A stretch of DNA of 64,000 bases from Patescibacteria group bacterium (GTDB lineage: Bacteria; Patescibacteriota; Microgenomatia; UBA1400; PJMF01): positions 8,131 through 72,130 of the forward strand of contig JBPOHR010000011.1 in NCBI GenBank assembly GCA_052035325.1, written 5' to 3'. Below are positions 28,896 through 37,481 of the stretch, one piece after another; the stretch's first letter is position 1; the number at the start of each line of letters is the position of its first letter. Position numbers and translations under genes: made by a program. Below the pieces are notes generated by a model. It searched no databases. It was not told the DNA's origin and saw nothing but the letters and a program-made list of their open reading frames with translations.

Positions 28896-29729
28896 ATGCC
28901 CTCTGCCAAGCCTGTCGCTACCACTCAAGAATTTTCGATCAGATATCTGATGGATGTCAGGCGATACATGGCGTTGACGATTTTGCTGATAACTACCTCC
29001 CTTGCGGTATCTTTCTTTGGTACTTGGCCACAAGTGCAGGCTAGCATCGAGATGTGGCGCACGTATGAAGCGAGTGAGGCAAAGGTCAAGTCATTGGCAG
29101 CCAAAAATCGCCAGCTTCAAGATGTGCTTGACCCTACCCTACTTGATCAGATAAATACCGTGGACAGTTTGTTACCTTCACGCAAACCGCTGATTGAACT
29201 ATTGACCGCAGTCAACGTGCTCAGTAAGCAAACTCAAGTAGTAATTACCTCGGTCGAACTGCGGCCTGGGGCAATTGCGACTGACGGTGCTAAGGTGTCA
29301 AATCGTGGCCAACTGAAAAAGGGTGACAGCGACACACTCGAGATCAATATGATTGTGAGCGGGACATTATCTCAAGTGAATCAATTTTTCAATACTATTG
29401 AGCGGACTACCCCACTGACGACTATAACGTCACTTTCCTTGACACCCAAAGACAGAAACACTGCTCTAGTATCGACAGATACCATTGCCTCGTTACAAAA
29501 TCGTGCATACCAGGCAGAATTGACACTTGCTGCTTCATACTTCACTCGTCCGGTGAGTGCCAATCTAGATGCCTCATTGCCGCAACTTAGTAGTGATCAA
29601 ACCAAGTTGATTAGTGATTTGAAGACATTTACGGTCAACAAAATTGACCCCCAAACCCAGATTTTGGGTGGTGGCCTTGAGGATCTGTTTAAAACAGTCA
29701 AACCAGAGATTGTGACGATTGGTGAGTAG
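28896..29729 (+). CDS. pilO: Type IV pilus assembly protein PilO
   Basis: Single N-terminal TM plus coiled coil, position after pilN. Confidence 0.6.
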   Translation: MPSAKPVATTQEFSIRYLMDVRRYMALTILLITTSLAVSFFGTWPQVQASIEMWRTYEASEAKVKSLAAKNRQLQDVLDPTLLDQINTVDSLLPSRKPLIELLTAVNVLSKQTQVVITSVELRPGAIATDGAKVSNRGQLKKGDSDTLEINMIVSGTLSQVNQFFNTIERTTPLTTITSLSLTPKDRNTALVSTDTIASLQNRAYQAELTLAASYFTRPVSANLDASLPQLSSDQTKLISDLKTFTVNKIDPQTQILGGGLEDLFKTVKPEIVTIGE

Positions 29730-29743
29730 TAGCGATATGCCTT

Positions 29744-30046
29744 TTAGGCTACTTCAGCAACTTCAACTTCAGCTGTTTCACTTGGAGTGACTTCAGCCAC
29801 TTGAGCGTCTTGTGTCTCGTCAGCCAGGCGAATATTCACCCGAATGCCCTCTTTGACGGCACGAACTTTGGCGATATTGCGAATGGATTGAATGATCGAG
29901 CCATGTTTGCCGATGACGCGACCCATATCTTCCGCATGTACGTACAGGGTGTAGAGACTTTCGCGGTCGGTGATCTCTTCCTCAACACGAACATCCTCGG
30001 GATGGTTGCAGAGGTGGATTAGGAGGAATTCTAGGAGATTTTTCAT
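29744..30046 (-). CDS. KH-domain RNA-binding protein (YlqC/UPF0109 family)
   Basis: VIGKHGSIIQSIRNI KH GxxG motif; directly downstream of rpsP as in many bacteria. Confidence 0.8.
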   Translation of the reverse strand: MKNLLEFLLIHLCNHPEDVRVEEEITDRESLYTLYVHAEDMGRVIGKHGSIIQSIRNIAKVRAVKEGIRVNIRLADETQDAQVAEVTPSETAEVEVAEVA

Positions 30047-30070
30047 ACCTGGGGACTCCTGAGGTAGGTG

Positions 30071-30502
30071 TTAAGGGGTAACAGGAGTTTCGGTAGCAGG
30101 TGCAGCCTCAACGGGTGCAGCTTCTGGTGTGGCGACGACCTCTGGGGCTGGTGCAGCTTTGGCAACTTCATCAGCTGCTTTTGCTTCCGAAGCGGCTTTT
30201 GCGTCAGCTTCTGCTTTGGCACGTACCTTTTTGGAAGGTTTAGCGGCTTTGGGAGGGAAAGGATTACCGGATTCGTAACGGCGTACTAGACTAGCAACCG
30301 TATCAGTGGGTTGAGCACCTTTGGCAAGCCAGGATTTATAGGCATCAAGATCGATGACTAGGATTTTCGGATTTTGGGTCGGGGCATACTGGCCGATAGC
30401 AACAACGTATTGCCCATCGCGTTTGTCTCGAGCTTCGTTGATCACGATCCGATAGTGTGGTTGGTGGCGTTTGCCGAAGCGAGCAAGTTTGATTTTCAAC
30501 AT
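30071..30502 (-). CDS. rpsP: 30S ribosomal protein S16 with Lys/Ala-rich C-terminal extension
   Basis: MLKIKLARFGKRHQPHYRIVI... canonical S16 N-terminus; about 60-aa KA/PE-rich tail. Confidence 0.9.
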   Translation of the reverse strand: MLKIKLARFGKRHQPHYRIVINEARDKRDGQYVVAIGQYAPTQNPKILVIDLDAYKSWLAKGAQPTDTVASLVRRYESGNPFPPKAAKPSKKVRAKAEADAKAASEAKAADEVAKAAPAPEVVATPEAAPVEAAPATETPVTP

Positions 30503-30520
30503 ATCAAGAGTCGAATAGTA

Positions 30521-31183
30521 TCATGGAGCTGACATTTTCTCAAGAGCCTGAGCTGCAGCAGCTTGTTGCGCTGATTGTTTACTTTTGCCCTGGCCAGTTC
30601 CTCGAGGTTTGCCAGCAACTTCCACGGTAACGGTAAATTGCTTGTCGTGATCTGGGCCTTCTTCTGCAAGCACTCGATAATCAGGGGTAGGATGACCCGC
30701 TGCTTGGACCAGTTCTTGCAGCGCACTTTTGGCATCTTTATAGAGTTTTTGCTGTTTGATTTCTGCGAACTTAGGGAATAATGCTTCTTCAAGAAACGCT
30801 TTTACTCTCTCAAATCCTTGATCAAGATACAGAGCGCCAACCACTGCCTCAAAGGTGTCTGCTAGTAAACCAGGGTTGAGTCGACCGCCTGTGGCCTCTT
30901 CACCTTTGCTCATGTAGAGTCGCTCGCCAAGTTTCAAAGTGGTTGCTACTTCAGCTAGAGTTGTGGTTTTAACGAGTGCACTACGATATGCGGTGAGTGC
31001 TCCTTCAGGTTCAGTGGGGAAATGGTGGTAGAGGAATTCGGTGGTAGCAATTTCAAGTACAGCATCGCCTAAAAACTCGAGGCGCTCATTTGATTCTACG
31101 GCATTGGAAATATGCTCATTGAGTGCACTGCGGTGGGTGAGGGCGGTTTCGAGTAGGAGTGCGTCTTGAAAATCAGGTAGCAT
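30521..31183 (-). CDS. rnc: Ribonuclease III
   Basis: ERLEFLGDAVLE signature, catalytic domain plus C-terminal dsRBD. Confidence 0.9.
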   Translation of the reverse strand: MLPDFQDALLLETALTHRSALNEHISNAVESNERLEFLGDAVLEIATTEFLYHHFPTEPEGALTAYRSALVKTTTLAEVATTLKLGERLYMSKGEEATGGRLNPGLLADTFEAVVGALYLDQGFERVKAFLEEALFPKFAEIKQQKLYKDAKSALQELVQAAGHPTPDYRVLAEEGPDHDKQFTVTVEVAGKPRGTGQGKSKQSAQQAAAAQALEKMSAP

Positions 31184-31185
31184 GG

Positions 31186-31482
31186 TTAGGCAAACTCGAT
31201 CTCGCTCGATACGAGGTCAATTAATTCATCGATGGACACGTCGTGATCGATCAAATCATGCACTTTGAGTCTAATGCTAAAGCGCTCATTGATCTTGAAT
31301 ACCAATTTGGGAATATCTTGCTCAGGGTCGAGTTGAAGGTAGCCCATTAACGTCATTGAAGGCTTCATTTGCTCTGCTTCGTAGGTAGTGGCGCCAGCTA
31401 GTGTGTCAAGCACACCTTCTACGATTTCGGTATCACCTCTAAATGTAGTGAGATTGGTTGAAGGAGAAATACTAGTTATCAT
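31186..31482 (-). CDS. Acyl-carrier-protein-like small acidic protein (canonical DSL Ser not evident)
   Basis: 98 aa, acidic, ...DLIDHDVSIDELIDLV resembles the ACP helix II (LGADSLDTVELV) but with Asp/His at the Ser position; located between nusB and rnc as acpP often is. Confidence 0.3.
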   Translation of the reverse strand: MITSISPSTNLTTFRGDTEIVEGVLDTLAGATTYEAEQMKPSMTLMGYLQLDPEQDIPKLVFKINERFSIRLKVHDLIDHDVSIDELIDLVSSEIEFA

Positions 31483-31951
31483 GATTCGGTGCTTCTGTAG
31501 TTAATACAACTTTCCCTAAGACTGCGTTCACAAAAGCTGACGAGCTATCGGTGCCATACGCTTTCGCAAGCTCTACTGCCTCGTCGAGTAACACTTTCTT
31601 GGGAGTCTTTTTATATCTTGATTCAAACACAATTAACCGCAGGATTGCAAGGTCAACTTTGTTTATTTCAGTTAATGGTCGTTCAGGAGCAACCTCGTGG
31701 ATCTGAGCATCAATTGTTTCTAACTCTGGGATGACTGATTCAACAAAGGCTTGATTATCAGGTTCTACCGCAGTTATGCCGCCAAAACTATAGGCAAAAA
31801 GCGCCTGCATATGATCAATGCGCTTCTGGTGGCGAGGATCGGTTTGAGTCGCGACACTGTCGTCTTCCACTGTTTGCTCGTCATCCAGCTCAACGGGTTG
31901 AGCAGAGGCCACAGCAAGATCATCGGCAGGACTAATATAGGGATCAGACAT
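31472..31951 (-). CDS. nusB: Transcription antitermination factor NusB
   Basis: RHQKRIDHMQALFAY ... AILRLIVFE ... AFVNAVLGKV NusB motifs. Confidence 0.85.
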   Translation of the reverse strand: MSDPYISPADDLAVASAQPVELDDEQTVEDDSVATQTDPRHQKRIDHMQALFAYSFGGITAVEPDNQAFVESVIPELETIDAQIHEVAPERPLTEINKVDLAILRLIVFESRYKKTPKKVLLDEAVELAKAYGTDSSSAFVNAVLGKVVLTTEAPNHDN

Positions 31952-32042
31952 CTTGTGCCACCTTACTACACCAGCACCATAAACACAAGGCCTAAGTACA
32001 TACTAAATGTGTATAAAACTAAGTTGAGGTAGTTGATGCTAG

Positions 32043-32387
32043 TTACTTACCACTTTTTGCCACCGTTTTGCGCACTTTTGGCGCTGCCACTTTGGCAGCA
32101 GTGTTCACTTTAGTGCTGGCTTGGTTGGCTTTGGTGCCAGCTTGTGACTTAGCTTTGGCAGATTTGGCTGCGGCTGTTACTTCAGTTGTTGCTTCAACCT
32201 TTGTCTCGGCAGAAGTTGCTTTGACCGCAGTTTTATCAAGACCAATGAAACGCATGAGTTCAGCCACAAAACCTTGTTTATGGTTGGGGACAGCTGCGTG
32301 AGCGTCTTTCTTCAGTTTGGGCGAGTTGCCACGGCGACGTTTGCCTTGTTCAACACGTGTGATTTTGTTCTTTGGTAGTGCACCCAT
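32043..32387 (-). CDS. Lys/Ala-rich basic protein (histone H1-like/nucleoid-associated?)
   Basis: C-terminal AAKSAKAKSQAGTKANQASTKVNTAAKVAAPKVRKTVAKSGK low-complexity basic tail. Confidence 0.35.
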   Translation of the reverse strand: MGALPKNKITRVEQGKRRRGNSPKLKKDAHAAVPNHKQGFVAELMRFIGLDKTAVKATSAETKVEATTEVTAAAKSAKAKSQAGTKANQASTKVNTAAKVAAPKVRKTVAKSGK

Positions 32388-32482
32388 GGGATCCTTAGAG
32401 TTTGCTTATTTCCAGAACCTGAATTATACACCATCTGGGAAATGGTGCTGCGGATGATGGTTTAGAATAGCGGCAACAAACG

Positions 32483-33388
32483 ATGGATAACAAAGAAGAA
32501 TCACCAAAACACCTTAAAGTAGCGGTGGTCGGGGCACCATGCTCAGGGAAGACTTCGACTTTACAGTCGTTGCGAGCATTATTGTATAGATTTCCGAATG
32601 AAGCGGAGTATGAGTGTGCTGGGCTAAATCCAGAATATTGGCAAAAGGTTGATAAAGCATTTCTTAGAGAAGAAGATGGGTGTGGTTTGTTGGAAGAGGA
32701 TCCTGACTTTTTCCCATTTTGGGTAATTGATGAAGCATGGCGAGATTACCAGTTTATTGCTCCACTGCTCTTTCAGTTGCTTTCTGGTCAGATTAGCCTT
32801 GAAGAAGCTCAACTAAGATTACCGTCTATTAACTTGAATCATGACGATTACTATTCACCCCGCTACACTGTGCGTGACCTTGCAGCTGATGCGCAGTTGG
32901 TTGGACTGGCAAGTAGACCTCAACATATGATTGAAGCTCGAAGAACATTACAACAGGAACTATTTCGTGTGCAGGTACATAGGGAATACTCTCCAAGACC
33001 CAGCTGGATGCAAAACAGGCTCTCGGTGACAGCAGTAGACGGTGGATTACTTAATATTGTGGCATACAACCCTGATATGCAACTATCCGACTATCCAGCA
33101 GCTTTGAGAAAGGCAAAAGGAATTGTCGACAATCAACAATTACTTGGCTCGTATTACGCGATTATTTTACTTGAGACTTTGGTAAATCTTGCACCTCCTG
33201 CATATGAAAAATATTATTTTGGCAGAGATCGGCTAGACACACCAGATGAGGCAAAAAAGATGCATGTGAGACTAGAAGCGTTAACAGCTGATCATCCTCG
33301 AGTTCTGAGATTGCCCGCAAGGATGGAGTATCAAGATAAATGCTATGCCATGTTGGACTATATGAAAGGTTTGCTTGTGGGAAAGTGA
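32483..33388 (+). CDS. P-loop NTPase of unknown function (nucleoside/nucleotide kinase-like?)
   Basis: Walker A AVVGAPCSGKTSTL at the N-terminus; no helicase/ABC motifs; about 42% GC. Confidence 0.45.
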   Translation: MDNKEESPKHLKVAVVGAPCSGKTSTLQSLRALLYRFPNEAEYECAGLNPEYWQKVDKAFLREEDGCGLLEEDPDFFPFWVIDEAWRDYQFIAPLLFQLLSGQISLEEAQLRLPSINLNHDDYYSPRYTVRDLAADAQLVGLASRPQHMIEARRTLQQELFRVQVHREYSPRPSWMQNRLSVTAVDGGLLNIVAYNPDMQLSDYPAALRKAKGIVDNQQLLGSYYAIILLETLVNLAPPAYEKYYFGRDRLDTPDEAKKMHVRLEALTADHPRVLRLPARMEYQDKCYAMLDYMKGLLVGK

Positions 33389-33397
33389 GCCTGTCGA

Positions 33398-33835
33398 TTA
33401 CTTTTCGGAATGTTGATCAGAGAAAAATTTTTCTAAAATTACCTGAACATTTTCGTCCGTATACATCTGCAGATTAATTTCATCTTTTCTGCCTTGCAAC
33501 ATCAGACTAGCATTCTGGTATGTTTCTCCCCAATGAATACTAAGCAATGGCTTATGTAGCGCAAGTGCCTTATCGATAAAAAAACCTGCGCCAAAACTAG
33601 GAGTGGTACATTCTGTAATTAATACATCAGCTTTCTCCAATTTTTGGACTGCTTCCGAGTAGACTGTTTCTGCATCAAGATTTGTTTGCCAGTGAGGGTC
33701 AGATGCATACGTGGGGTCGACAAGTTCTTTAGTAAGTACTTCATGTCCCATTTTTTCGATAAGTGATACGATGCTTTGAGTTACTGGTAGCGTATGTCGT
33801 TCTCTAGTAACGGATGTGCTAAAAAAGACTTTCAT
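33398..33835 (-). CDS. Nucleoside 2-deoxyribosyltransferase-like protein (paralog of 25781..26365)
   Basis: MKVFFSTSVT ... IVSLIEKMGHEVLTKELVD ... LEKADVLITECTTPSFGAGFFIDKALALHKPLL aligns colinearly with 25781..26365 (IIETLKKQGHNVVHDHITD ... ISKADLVVAELSFPSTLNVGHEVTMALSKGKPVV); AT-rich. Confidence 0.5.
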   Translation of the reverse strand: MKVFFSTSVTRERHTLPVTQSIVSLIEKMGHEVLTKELVDPTYASDPHWQTNLDAETVYSEAVQKLEKADVLITECTTPSFGAGFFIDKALALHKPLLSIHWGETYQNASLMLQGRKDEINLQMYTDENVQVILEKFFSDQHSEK

Positions 33836-33873
33836 AGGCAGAGTATATCGATTTTTTAACGAGAGTACTACAG

Positions 33874-35871
33874 TTAATTGGCGGCAATTTTCTCGTTGTT
33901 CGATTGTGCAAATTTCCAGATAGTTTCAAGTTTATTTTTTTGCTTCAATTTTTCAAATAGTGTACGTGTTTGGAAGATTAGATCTGCATTTGTCCAGGTA
34001 GCAAACTTCAAATCATCAAACCCATGTTGCTGCGTCCCAAACAGGTCCCCTGCCCCGCGGTGCTCGAGGTCAAGTTCAGCTAGCTGTTGGCCGTTGGAAA
34101 TATTGGCAAACTTCTCGAGACGGTTGTCATGTGTCTCCTGATCAGTGGTTGTGCGAAACAGCAAACAGTACCCTTGTTGACCAGCGCGCCCTACTCTACC
34201 CCGGAGTTGGTGAAGACTTGCCAGACCAAAGCGCTCGGCTCCTTCGATCACAATAATGCTCGCCGCGGGTAGATCAACGCCGACTTCGACGATTGGTGTC
34301 GTGACGAGTACATCAAGTTGCTGACTGTAGAGTTGCTCGGTAATAGATTGCTGCTCTTTTTTGGTTTGACGTCCGTGAAGTGCTCCTACTCGAGCTACTT
34401 TGCCCAGTGCGGCCTTAACTTCAGCCACTTTGTCGTTGACAGCGGCCACGTTGGCGAGCGCTTCGGTTTGGGCAGGGTCGATAAAGGGACAAACGATCAG
34501 TACCTGGAGTGGTTGGTGAGCAGTTTTTGCTGTAGTAAGTTGAGTGGCGATCCATGAATACGCATCAGCCCGCTTCGTTTCGGCAGTCACCCAGGTTTTG
34601 ACAGGAATCCTACCTGCCGGCAGTTCGTCAATCACACTTAGGCTCAAGTGACTGAAGATGGTAAGCATCAGACTCCTGGGGATGGGTGTGGCTGTCATGG
34701 TAAGGACGTGTGGCCGGTAGTCTTGCGTGCTTTCCCAACTGCGCTGTTTGACGCCAAACCGATGCTGCTCGTCGTAGATTACTAAAGCAGGTTTGATTGT
34801 TTCCAGTTTATTCAAGAGCGCATGCGTGCCCACGAAAAAAGTGGGTTGTGCGGGTAGTTTGAACACTTGTTTTTTGCCGGGTTGGGTGGTGACAAGTTGC
34901 ACTGGGATATCGGGGAAAAGTGTGGAGAGTGTCTCGAGATGCTGCTCGGCAAGGATTCTCGTAGGTGCGATGAGCGTGGTGTGGTGTCCGGCCTGAATTG
35001 TCTGCCAAGCAGCTGTGCCCGCGACAACCGTTTTCCCCGAGCCCACATCACCAACAAGCAGTCGATTCATGGGGGTTTTTTCCTCGAGATCGGTCAGAAT
35101 TTCGTCGATGGATCGTACTTGAGTTTTGGTTAGGGCAAAAGGAATCTGTGGAGGAGGGTTCGTTTTTGGAATGGGGTTGGCTGGTTTTCCTTTGCTCCAG
35201 GCGGCTTTTTGTTCTTGAGAATGTTTCATTAGGCTTAATAGCTCCTCAAGAGCCAACCGCTCGCGGGCTTGAGTAACCAGCTCTTCGCTATCAGGAAAAT
35301 GTAGCTGATGGAGTGCTGGAGTCAGTGCCAAACCCTCGAAGCCAGCTTGGATAGCTTCATCATTGATGTCGTCTAGCCCATCGAGCAATTGTTTGAGAAT
35401 TCGTCGGACACTACCGCCTTTGAGACCTGGTAACTGAGAGTAGATCGGGACCAGCCGGTCAGTGTGGATTGTCTCACCTCCTTCAGCTTCAACGACGGGT
35501 TGCATCATGGTGCCTCGATCGTTTACTTCGCCGCAAAATAGGAATCGCTGGCCGACTTTCAACTTATCGACAATGAACCGATTGTTGAACCACATCACTT
35601 TCAGCCGACCTGTGTCATCGGCAATCACTGCCGACTGGATGGATCGAGGACCTTTGTAGTAGTTACTGGCGCGGATCACACTGGCGGCAATAGTGATCGT
35701 TTGATTAAGTGGTGCAGTGGCAATCGTTGCGCGCTGTGAGCGATCTTCGTAGCGGAGCGGAACCCAGAGGAGCAAATCTTGCACCGTGCGGAGACCTTTT
35801 TTATCGAGTTGAAGCTGCGTAGCTGGACCGATGCCTTTGACGGTGGCAAGAGAGTCGGTGAGCGCGTACAT
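33874..35871 (-). CDS. recG: ATP-dependent DNA helicase RecG
   Basis: N-terminal wedge/OB domain, Walker A LLVGDVGSGKTVVA, DEQH box VIYDEQHRFG, helicase C motifs QLRGRVGR. Confidence 0.9.
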   Translation of the reverse strand: MYALTDSLATVKGIGPATQLQLDKKGLRTVQDLLLWVPLRYEDRSQRATIATAPLNQTITIAASVIRASNYYKGPRSIQSAVIADDTGRLKVMWFNNRFIVDKLKVGQRFLFCGEVNDRGTMMQPVVEAEGGETIHTDRLVPIYSQLPGLKGGSVRRILKQLLDGLDDINDEAIQAGFEGLALTPALHQLHFPDSEELVTQARERLALEELLSLMKHSQEQKAAWSKGKPANPIPKTNPPPQIPFALTKTQVRSIDEILTDLEEKTPMNRLLVGDVGSGKTVVAGTAAWQTIQAGHHTTLIAPTRILAEQHLETLSTLFPDIPVQLVTTQPGKKQVFKLPAQPTFFVGTHALLNKLETIKPALVIYDEQHRFGVKQRSWESTQDYRPHVLTMTATPIPRSLMLTIFSHLSLSVIDELPAGRIPVKTWVTAETKRADAYSWIATQLTTAKTAHQPLQVLIVCPFIDPAQTEALANVAAVNDKVAEVKAALGKVARVGALHGRQTKKEQQSITEQLYSQQLDVLVTTPIVEVGVDLPAASIIVIEGAERFGLASLHQLRGRVGRAGQQGYCLLFRTTTDQETHDNRLEKFANISNGQQLAELDLEHRGAGDLFGTQQHGFDDLKFATWTNADLIFQTRTLFEKLKQKNKLETIWKFAQSNNEKIAAN

Positions 35872-36242
35872 GGAGGTAGTGTACTATGGAATGTGTAATG
35901 AAAGGATACTTTGATCATTTTTGAATTTGAGATGATGTTGGAAGAACATAGTGTCCCGAGCGTTATGACTACTGATGTGGAGTTACTGGGTGATAATTTT
36001 CCGATAGATGACGTATATACAGCTTTGCAATTGTTAGAAGAGTTAGTACCATCTGGCTTTTGTGACCGTACAGCTTTGTGTTTATTACTCGAAGGAATTA
36101 AGAGACAAGTTAATGATATTAGCTGCATCACTGTTAGAGAGGAGACATACCACAGACACGCAGATCTCGACGCAACTCCCTTCGTAATCGGGATGCTGAC
36201 TGTATTGGTAGCGAAAGATCAAGACGTCACCGTCTAAGTTTT

Positions 36243-37427
36243 TTACTGACCTATTTGAAAGTATTGACGTTTGCCAGCACGTACAACAACAGCACTTGTT
36301 AAGTCGACGATGTGCTGAGGATCAGTTTGTTTGCCCTGGCTAATAATCTCGACTCCACCCTGCTCAATCAATCTTCTGACATTACTACGACTTTGATCTG
36401 GTAGACAACGTGTGACTACGTCAAGAAGACTGAGTTTTTTTTCCGTAATTGTGATCACTTTGACGTTCTCAGGCGTTTCTTTTTCTTGCACCACCTGTTC
36501 AAAATGTTTTTCTGCAGCAGCCGCAGCATCGGCATTGTGGTACATCTCAGTAATGGTCCGGGCAAGCAACTTTTTAAACTGCATGGGGTTTTCACCTCTT
36601 GCCATGCCAGTGCTCATCTCGGCAATTTCTTCATCGCTCACATCAGTGAGGACCGTAAAGTACTCAATAATCATGTCATCAGTAATCCGCATCAACTTGC
36701 CGTACATGTCATTTGGTTCTTCCGTGAGGGCAACAAAGTTGCCGTAACTCTTGCTCATTTTACGGCCATCGGTCCCATTGATAATGGGAGTACTCAGCAC
36801 CCACTTTTCGTGTTGGTTGTAGACCTGTTGGAGTTGGCGCCCCATCATCATGTTGAAGGTTTGGTCAGTGCCACCAATTTCCAGATCAACATTCATGGCT
36901 ACACTGTCGTATCCCTGCAAGAGCGGATACATAATTTCATGCCCATAGATAGGCAGACCTTTGGCTAGGCGATCTTGAAACATATCGCGCTCGATAAGTT
37001 GCTGCACTGTAGTTTGGGCCATTAATTTGACGATGTCGGTATAGGTGAGTTTATCGAGCCAATCACCGTTGTAGACGATTTTTATCTTGTCGAAATCGAG
37101 GATCTTGCTGGCTTGCTGCTTCCAGTTTTGGAAGTTGGCGGTGATCACTTCGTCGGTGAGAACGGGTCGAGTGCTGTCGCGTCCTGTAGGATCGCCGATT
37201 CGCACGGTACCATTCCCAATTAACATAATCACTTCATGCCCAAGATCAGCAAACTGCTTCAATTTGCGCAAACCCACTGAATGGCCGAGGGTAAGGAGAC
37301 TGCCCGTGGGGTCAATTCCCATGAACACTCGGATTTTTTTCTCTCCCATCAACTTGGCTAATGTGGTTCGGTTGGGTAACACCTCGGCAACACCTCGAGA
37401 AAGAACTTGGTTGGTAGTCATAGACAT
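36243..37427 (-). CDS. tyrS: Tyrosine--tRNA ligase
   Basis: Class I motifs (GIDPTGSLLTLGH, KMSKSYGN) and C-terminal S4 domain. Confidence 0.9.
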   Translation of the reverse strand: MSMTTNQVLSRGVAEVLPNRTTLAKLMGEKKIRVFMGIDPTGSLLTLGHSVGLRKLKQFADLGHEVIMLIGNGTVRIGDPTGRDSTRPVLTDEVITANFQNWKQQASKILDFDKIKIVYNGDWLDKLTYTDIVKLMAQTTVQQLIERDMFQDRLAKGLPIYGHEIMYPLLQGYDSVAMNVDLEIGGTDQTFNMMMGRQLQQVYNQHEKWVLSTPIINGTDGRKMSKSYGNFVALTEEPNDMYGKLMRITDDMIIEYFTVLTDVSDEEIAEMSTGMARGENPMQFKKLLARTITEMYHNADAAAAAEKHFEQVVQEKETPENVKVITITEKKLSLLDVVTRCLPDQSRSNVRRLIEQGGVEIISQGKQTDPQHIVDLTSAVVVRAGKRQYFQIGQ

Positions 37428-37481
37428 AGTGCCAATTGTAATCTAGATCAGACGTATTGAAAACTGATACAATGGGAGTTC

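Noticed and set aside
36243-37481. T-box leader upstream of tyrS (and upstream of pheS)
   Set aside because: The upstream intergenic regions are only about 55 nt (tyrS) and about 65 nt (pheS), too short for a T-box riboswitch. No AGGGUGGNACCGCG T-box sequence was seen.
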